Shown here piece after piece: positions 27,131 to 32,000 of a DNA stretch of 32,000 nucleotides. Both the position numbers and the translations under genes were made by a program. This DNA is from Ferroglobus placidus DSM 10642 (GTDB lineage: Archaea > Halobacteriota > Archaeoglobi > Archaeoglobales > Archaeoglobaceae). The stretch covers positions 120,001 through 152,000 of the forward strand of contig NC_013849.1 in NCBI RefSeq assembly GCF_000025505.1, given 5' to 3'. The first letter of the stretch is position 1, and every line of letters starts with the position of its first letter. The notes beneath the pieces were generated by a model, which saw nothing but the letters and a program-made list of their open reading frames with translations, was not told the origin of the DNA and made no database searches.

Positions 27131-28026
27131 ACGATCTCAAGCATTCTCTCTATGGCTTTTTTCGCTTTTACCGCAACCTCTTCCGGAACATTTACCTCGT
27201 GCTTTTCTTCAGCGAGGGAGCGATAGACATCCTTAAGTGTTATCTTTTTCATGTTTAAACACACTGCATCATCTCTTGCTGGATAGAACTCCTTTTCTGG
27301 ATAAACTTTTTTCAATCGATAGCACATCTCTTTTTCGGTGAAAACGATCCACGAATCGTGCTTGCAGGCATTTCTCACCATTCCACCTGTGGAAGCTACT
27401 AAATCAGCTAAACTCCAAACCTCCTTTCTACACTCTGGATGGGCAACGATTTTTGCATGCGGAAGCTTCCTCCTCCATTTTTCCACGTCTTCCCTTGTAA
27501 ATAGAACGTGAACGACACACTTTCCGAATCTCGGCACGGGTATTATCTTTTTTTCAGGAACTCTGCTTTGAACGTACTCAGCAAGATTTGCATCTGGACC
27601 AAATATGACGACATCTGACTCAACGCTTTCAACAACCTTTACAGCGTTTGCAGAAGTGCAGATTACATCTGCATGCGCTTTGCATTCTGCCGTCGTGTTT
27701 ATGTACAGAACAACCTTAGCCTCAGGATGCTTTCTCTTCTCTTCTTCAATCATCTCGGGTAAAAGCATGTGTGCCATTGGACATCGAGCATCCGGAACCG
27801 GATGAAGAACTTTCTTATCGGGATTTAAAATTTTAGCTGTTTCAGCCATGAAATCAACTCCACAAAAAACGATAATTTCAGCGTCGCTTTCCACAGCTTT
27901 CCTTGAAAGCTCCAACGAATCACCAACGAAATCTGCAACGTCTTGAACTTCCGGCAACTGGTAGTTGTGCGCAAGAATTATCGCGTTCTTCTCCTTTTTT
28001 AGCCTCTCTATCTTCTCTCTCACCAC
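27127..28026 (-). CDS. nadA: Quinolinate synthase
   Basis: '[30 protein letters not shown]', '[26 protein letters not shown]', '[16 protein letters not shown]', 'HPECRKEVW', '[11 protein letters not shown]'. Confidence 0.96.
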   Translation of the reverse strand: MVREKIERLKKEKNAIILAHNYQLPEVQDVADFVGDSLELSRKAVESDAEIIVFCGVDFMAETAKILNPDKKVLHPVPDARCPMAHMLLPEMIEEEKRKHPEAKVVLYINTTAECKAHADVICTSANAVKVVESVESDVVIFGPDANLAEYVQSRVPEKKIIPVPRFGKCVVHVLFTREDVEKWRRKLPHAKIVAHPECRKEVWSLADLVASTGGMVRNACKHDSWIVFTEKEMCYRLKKVYPEKEFYPARDDAVCLNMKKITLKDVYRSLAEEKHEVNVPEEVAVKAKKAIERMLEIV

Positions 28027-28757
28027 ACGACCACCTCTTCCTCCAAATTCCTCAAGAGAGATAGAACAGACAAAGCAGCAAGATGGCTACTCTTCACGTT
28101 TTTACTCGGAACGTTTTCCACTCTCACGTAAATTTCCCCAAATTCCCATTTTGCCAAAATTTCGTGGATGTTTCTCTCCAAGTTCTCAGCGAAAACCTCA
28201 ACCTCAACGTCCTTTCCGGTTGCAAGGGAAAGCGTCGCAGCCACATTCAAATTCCTCGGAAATTTTTTCACGGCATCTTTTACAAAACCTTTAAAAATTA
28301 ATCCCAAATTTCTTCCCAAAGCTTTCGGATTTTTTCTCGTTATGAGTTTTATTTTGCTTTCAAAAAATTTGAGAACGCTCAATCCATCTAAGCCGACTAT
28401 AGCTCCGCTTGGAATGTATATCTTCTTACCAACTTCCTTGGCTTTTCTCCTCAGCTTTTTCAGTAGATCCTCATCGATAAGTGCTGCTGTACTGAGAATT
28501 ACGAGGTTTTTTCTACCATCGAGAATTTTCTTTCCATATTCTCTAACGGCTTCAGCAGATGCAGCTTCAATTACAAAATCAAATTCCCCCTTTATAAAAT
28601 CCTCAAAACTTTTACACGGCTTTCCGCAAATTTTTGATAGCTCGACTGCCTTTGAAAACTCCTTATCGTACAAAGAAACTATTTCAACTCCGAATTTTTT
28701 GGAATTCTCGACGATTATTCTTCCAAGATTTCCGCAACCAAGCAAGCCCACTCTCAT
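28020..28757 (-). CDS. nadX: L-aspartate dehydrogenase
   Basis: '[19 protein letters not shown]', '[20 protein letters not shown]', '[14 protein letters not shown]', '[11 protein letters not shown]'; placed next to nadA and nadC. Confidence 0.9.
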   Translation of the reverse strand: MRVGLLGCGNLGRIIVENSKKFGVEIVSLYDKEFSKAVELSKICGKPCKSFEDFIKGEFDFVIEAASAEAVREYGKKILDGRKNLVILSTAALIDEDLLKKLRRKAKEVGKKIYIPSGAIVGLDGLSVLKFFESKIKLITRKNPKALGRNLGLIFKGFVKDAVKKFPRNLNVAATLSLATGKDVEVEVFAENLERNIHEILAKWEFGEIYVRVENVPSKNVKSSHLAALSVLSLLRNLEEEVVVW

Positions 28758-28773
28758 CCGAACATGTGTTCGG
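28758..28773. promoter_or_regulatory. Candidate operator: inverted repeat CCGAACA-TG-TGTTCGG
   Basis: Perfect 7-bp arms with a 2-nt centre, immediately upstream of the nadX ATG (28757) and downstream of a TATA-like TTTAAAT (~28783-28789, minus strand). Confidence 0.55.
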
Positions 28774-28833
28774 TAAACGGCATTTAAATCTTATGGGCGG
28801 AAAAAATTTATTCCACACCGCTTTTTTCCTTCC

Positions 28834-30060
28834 ATGAAAAAGGTTCTGATGATAGTCATCGACGGCGTTTCTGACAGACCTATCAACGGAAAAACACCTC
28901 TATCTTCCGCTAACAAGGAAGTTCTCGATGAACTTGCCAAGAGAGGAATAAACGGGATTATGGACACGATAGCTCCGGGGATAAGACCAGGAAGCGACAC
29001 TTCTCATTTAGCTCTGCTCGGCTACGATCCATACAAGTATTACACGGGAAGAGGTCCGTTAGAGGCTGCCGGTGCTGGGATAGATGTTAAGCCGGGAGAT
29101 GTTGCTTTCAGAGTTAATTTCGGAACCGTAAAAGGAGAAGGAAGCGTTTTCGACAAAGTCGTTGTCGATAGGAGGGCTGGAAGAATAAGCGATACTGAAG
29201 AGCTCGTTAAGGCTATAAACGAAAATGTGAAGCTTGAGGTGGAATTCATTTTGAAGAGGGGAAGCGGACACAGAGGTGCTCTCGTTTTTAGAGGAGAGAA
29301 TTTGTCAGACAAAATAACAGACACAGACCCGAAGAAGATAGGAGAGAAAGTGAAAAGATGCGTCCCTCTTGACAAAGAGGCTGAATTCACAGCTAAAATA
29401 GTTAACGAGTTTATGGAGAAAGCTCACGAAATTCTCGAAAACCACCCCTTCAACATTGAAAGGGAGAGGAGAGGAGAGCTAAAAGCCAACGTCCTCCTTT
29501 TGAGGGGGGCGGGAAAGGTTCCCCACGTTCCGAGCTTTAAAGATCGTTACGGGATGAAGCTGGCAGTTGTTGCTGGAACAACGCTGATTAAAGGAGTTGG
29601 AAGAATTCTCGGAGGAGACGTTATAGAGCACGAGAGAATAACCGGTGGGAAAGACACAGACTTGAATTTAAAGGTTAAGCTCGCTCTGGAAGCTCTGAAT
29701 TCCCACGACTTCGTTCTTCTTCACATAAAAGCGACGGACGAATACGGACACGACGGCGATTTTGAAGGGAAGACGAAGTTCATAGAGAAGATCGACAGAG
29801 CTTTAAAGCCGGTGCTCGATCTCGATTTCAGTAACGTTTGCCTGATTTTGTGCGGAGATCACAGCACACCAGTAACTATCAAAGAGCACACCGCAGATCC
29901 TGTGCCTATAACGATAGTTTACGAAGGCGTTAGAGTTGACGACGTCGAGGAGTTCAACGAGCTTACAGCCTACAAGGGTGGGCTTTGCAGGATAAGGGGA
30001 ATGGACGTTATGAACATCGTGCTGGATTTGATAGATAAAGCTAAAAAGTTTGGAGCTTAA
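28834..30060 (+). CDS. apgM: Cofactor-independent phosphoglycerate mutase, archaeal type
   Basis: 'KVLMIVIDGVSDRPINGKTPLSSANKEVLDELAKRGINGIMDTIAPGIRPGSDTSHLALLGYDP', 'GRGPLEAAGAG', 'CGDHSTPVTIKEHTADPVP'. Confidence 0.96.
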   Translation: MKKVLMIVIDGVSDRPINGKTPLSSANKEVLDELAKRGINGIMDTIAPGIRPGSDTSHLALLGYDPYKYYTGRGPLEAAGAGIDVKPGDVAFRVNFGTVKGEGSVFDKVVVDRRAGRISDTEELVKAINENVKLEVEFILKRGSGHRGALVFRGENLSDKITDTDPKKIGEKVKRCVPLDKEAEFTAKIVNEFMEKAHEILENHPFNIERERRGELKANVLLLRGAGKVPHVPSFKDRYGMKLAVVAGTTLIKGVGRILGGDVIEHERITGGKDTDLNLKVKLALEALNSHDFVLLHIKATDEYGHDGDFEGKTKFIEKIDRALKPVLDLDFSNVCLILCGDHSTPVTIKEHTADPVPITIVYEGVRVDDVEEFNELTAYKGGLCRIRGMDVMNIVLDLIDKAKKFGA

Positions 30061-30068
30061 GGCAGAGT

Positions 30069-30938
30069 ATGCTTGAAGTTTTCAGGGTCAACAGTGCGAA
30101 GTTCGATGAGGGAATGCTTTACCACAACGGAGACGTGATAATAGGAGCGAACTCGAAACTCGACTACGGAGTTTCTGGAAAAAAGGTCGTTGTCGGAGAG
30201 AGGTGTCACATAAAAGGAGATATAGTTTGCGAAGAGGTAAGACTCGATTCATGGGTTACCGTTGACGGAAGCGTGTTTTGCAAGGGAGACGCTTACATAG
30301 GGGAGTTTTCCTCGATAAACGGAAAGCTCGTCGTTTATGGAAACTTAGAAATAGGTAGAAACGTCAGGATAAAAGAGGGATTTGAGGCGAAGGGTTTGAT
30401 AACTATTCAAGACCCTCTTCCGATAATAATCTTCCTTTTCGTCTACATACTCGAACTCCTGAGGCTTGGAAAAATCGAAGAGGTTGAAAAGCTCTTCGAA
30501 GAGGACTTCGAAAATCCTCTGATAATTCCGGAAAACAGCAAGCTCTCTTTGGAGTTCATCGAGCTGGATGCTAATGCCGAGATAAATTCTTCGAGAGTCG
30601 TCGGAAACGTTAGAGGGAAAAACATCTTGCTGAAAGACTGCGAGGTGTTCGGTAGCGTTAGAGGAAGAGACGTTGCGGTGATGTCCTCGAAAATTCACGG
30701 AGCAGTGGAGGGAAGAAAGGTTTACATAGTAAAAGAGAGTGAAATTTACGGATTCGTAAGGGGAGAAGAAGTTTTCATGGAGGAAGGTTGCAGCGTTGAA
30801 GGAAGTATTGTTGGAAGGAAAGGTGTGTGGATTAAGGAGAATGTTGAGGTTCCGGAGTTGATCAAAATTGATGAGCTGGGACAGAGAGAAGTTCAGGAGA
30901 ATGTTTCCGAACCTGTATCGGGAGATAGAGTCGGCTAA
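30069..30938 (+). CDS. Polymer-forming/bactofilin-like beta-helix protein with a central hydrophobic segment
   Basis: Short repeating strands ('GVSGKKVVVGERCHIKGDIVCEEVRLDSWVTVDGSVFCKGDAYIG...', 'EINSSRVVGNVRGKNILLKDCEVFGSVRGRDVAVMSSKIHGAVEGRKVYIVKESEIYGFV') flank 'PLPIIIFLFVYILELLRLG'. Confidence 0.65.
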   Translation: MLEVFRVNSAKFDEGMLYHNGDVIIGANSKLDYGVSGKKVVVGERCHIKGDIVCEEVRLDSWVTVDGSVFCKGDAYIGEFSSINGKLVVYGNLEIGRNVRIKEGFEAKGLITIQDPLPIIIFLFVYILELLRLGKIEEVEKLFEEDFENPLIIPENSKLSLEFIELDANAEINSSRVVGNVRGKNILLKDCEVFGSVRGRDVAVMSSKIHGAVEGRKVYIVKESEIYGFVRGEEVFMEEGCSVEGSIVGRKGVWIKENVEVPELIKIDELGQREVQENVSEPVSGDRVG

Positions 30939-31131
30939 AGTTCCCGACGTTCTCGATCACCTGGAGAGGTGCAAAACCGAAGAGGAGGCAATAGAGATTA
31001 TCGATTACTTCGAAAAGAGGGGGGAGATAACTAAAGAGTTCGCTAATTTTCTGAAGAGCAACAAAGCCCTCCTAAGATCGTTAATCGGAACGAGGGAAGC
31101 TGGAGAGTACGAAAGGTGGGGGCTTAGATGA
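30871..31131 (+). CDS. Small DUF2095-like archaeal protein
   Basis: 'MSWDREKFRRMFPNLYREIESAKVPDVLDHLERCKTEEEAIEIIDYFEKRGEITKEFANFLKSNKALLRSLIGTREAGEYERWGLR'. The family call is from memory of the MFPNLYREI signature. Confidence 0.7.
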   Translation: MSWDREKFRRMFPNLYREIESAKVPDVLDHLERCKTEEEAIEIIDYFEKRGEITKEFANFLKSNKALLRSLIGTREAGEYERWGLR

Positions 31132-32000
31132 TAGAAATAGGCTTAGCTGGAAAGCCAAACGCTGGAAAATCGACTTTCTTCAAAGCCTCGACGATGGCTG
31201 ACGCTGAGATAGCAGACTACCCTTTCACAACGATAGAGCCGAACGTTGGTGTTGCTTACGTAAGAGTCGAATGCGTTTGCAAGGAGCTTGAAGTCTATCC
31301 GTGCGGTAACTGCGTTGAAGGGTGGAGGTTCATTCCGGTAAAAATTATAGACGTCGCAGGATTGGTTCCAGAAGCTCATAAAGGAAGAGGACTGGGAAAC
31401 GCTTTCCTCGACAACTTAAGGCAGGCTGATGCGATCATTCATGTAGTAGATGCGAGCGGATCGACCGATGAGGAGGGAAATGTAATTGAAGTCGGAGCGA
31501 GAGATCCAGTGGAGGACGTGAAATTCCTCGAAGAAGAGCTGGACATGTGGCTCTTCGGAATACTCAAAAGAAACTGGGATAAAATTATCAGAAGAATTCG
31601 CATGGAAAAGAGAGATCCGGCAAAATATTTGGCTGAAAATTTGGCTGGGCTGGGTTTCGATGAGATCACGATAAAAGAGGCGACGAGAAACGTGGACATA
31701 CTTAACGTTAGCGATGAAGACTTGTTATCCTTAGCTAAAAAACTCAGAAAACTCAGGTTTAAATCGGTGATAGCGGCGAACAAGGCTGACAAAGCTCCGG
31801 AGGAATTTATTAACAAGCTCGTGAAAATTGGAGCGATTCCGTGCTCGGCTTACTACGAATTGGCTTTGAGAATGGCAGCGAAGAACGGCTACATCAAATA
31901 TTTGCCCGGCGACGAGGATTTTGAAATTTTAAAAGAGCTCAACGAGAAACAGAGAAGTCTCCTCGAGAAAATCAGAAATTTCATGAAGAGATTTGGCGGA
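31128..32000 (+). CDS. YchF/OLA1-like (Obg-related) GTP-binding protein, 3'-truncated by the window edge; absent from the ORF track
   Basis: Translated by hand: MIEIGLAGKPNAGKSTFFKASTMADAEIADYPFTTIEPNVGVAYVRVECVCKELEVYPCGNCVEGWRFIPVKIIDVAGLVPEAHKGRGLGNAFLDNLRQADAIIHVVDASGSTDEEGN... It has G1 (GKPNAGKS), G3 (DVAG) and G4 (NKAD), with no stop before 32000. Confidence 0.93.
   Translation, partial: MIEIGLAGKPNAGKSTFFKASTMADAEIADYPFTTIEPNVGVAYVRVECVCKELEVYPCGNCVEGWRFIPVKIIDVAGLVPEAHKGRGLGNAFLDNLRQADAIIHVVDASGSTDEEGNVIEVGARDPVEDVKFLEEELDMWLFGILKRNWDKIIRRIRMEKRDPAKYLAENLAGLGFDEITIKEATRNVDILNVSDEDLLSLAKKLRKLRFKSVIAANKADKAPEEFINKLVKIGAIPCSAYYELALRMAAKNGYIKYLPGDEDFEILKELNEKQRSLLEKIRNFMKRFGG

Noticed and set aside
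28837-28856. UGAUGA-type C-box-like sequences (in apgM, and at the Lrp/nep1 junction ~8425-8431) considered as C/D sRNAs
   Set aside because: They lie in coding regions with stop/start overlaps that explain them, and no correctly spaced D/D'/C' boxes were identified.
1-32000. CRISPR array, transposase/integrase, prophage or toxin-antitoxin cassette
   Set aside because: No regularly spaced direct repeats, no transposase or integrase motifs, and no obvious toxin/antitoxin pair were found on reading both strands by eye; a repeat-finder run would be needed to exclude small or degenerate elements.

Overview
This is a compact, protein-dense archaeal chromosomal window, most likely from a hyperthermophilic euryarchaeon of the Archaeoglobales type. 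That placement is inferred from the fused CTP:inositol-1-phosphate cytidylyltransferase/DIP-phosphate synthase, the FwdF-like polyferredoxin, the HdrA-MvhD fusion, the archaeal pantoate kinase and the Archaea-like SD/TATA signals. From left to right it contains: the end of an MtrH-like methyltransferase gene; a ~485-aa protein of unknown function with a C-terminal CxxC...CxxC knuckle; a small ferredoxin on the opposite strand; an HdrA-MvhD fusion; an 8-motif polyferredoxin; coaBC and pantoate kinase; an Lrp-type regulator with a Cys-rich tail; nep1; a cupin; a Zn-ribbon protein; a nucleotidyltransferase-like protein; the DIP osmolyte synthase; tRNA-Pro(GGG); an alpha/alpha-toroid-like protein, a Zn-ribbon/HEAT-like protein and a membrane-anchored coiled-coil protein; a tightly overlapping minus-strand redox cassette (CPYC thioredoxin-like, thioredoxin, radical SAM, HTH, an untracked 57-aa 2[4Fe-4S] ferredoxin, and an unknown protein); aSUI1; a TraB-family protein; an S2P-CBS protease; an endonuclease IV-like protein; HTH plus valS; a FAH-family protein; a lipoprotein; tRNA-Arg(UCU); an EVE-domain protein; a secreted SNase; nadC, nadA and nadX; apgM; a two-part beta-helix/bactofilin-like protein; a DUF2095-like protein; and an untracked 3'-truncated YchF-like GTPase. 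No CRISPR array, transposase or prophage was seen. The best candidate for an undescribed system is the left-end corrinoid-methyltransferase/HdrA-MvhD/polyferredoxin neighbourhood. The second is the 15-17 kb redox/radical-SAM cassette. All product names come from motif recognition by eye; no database search was run.
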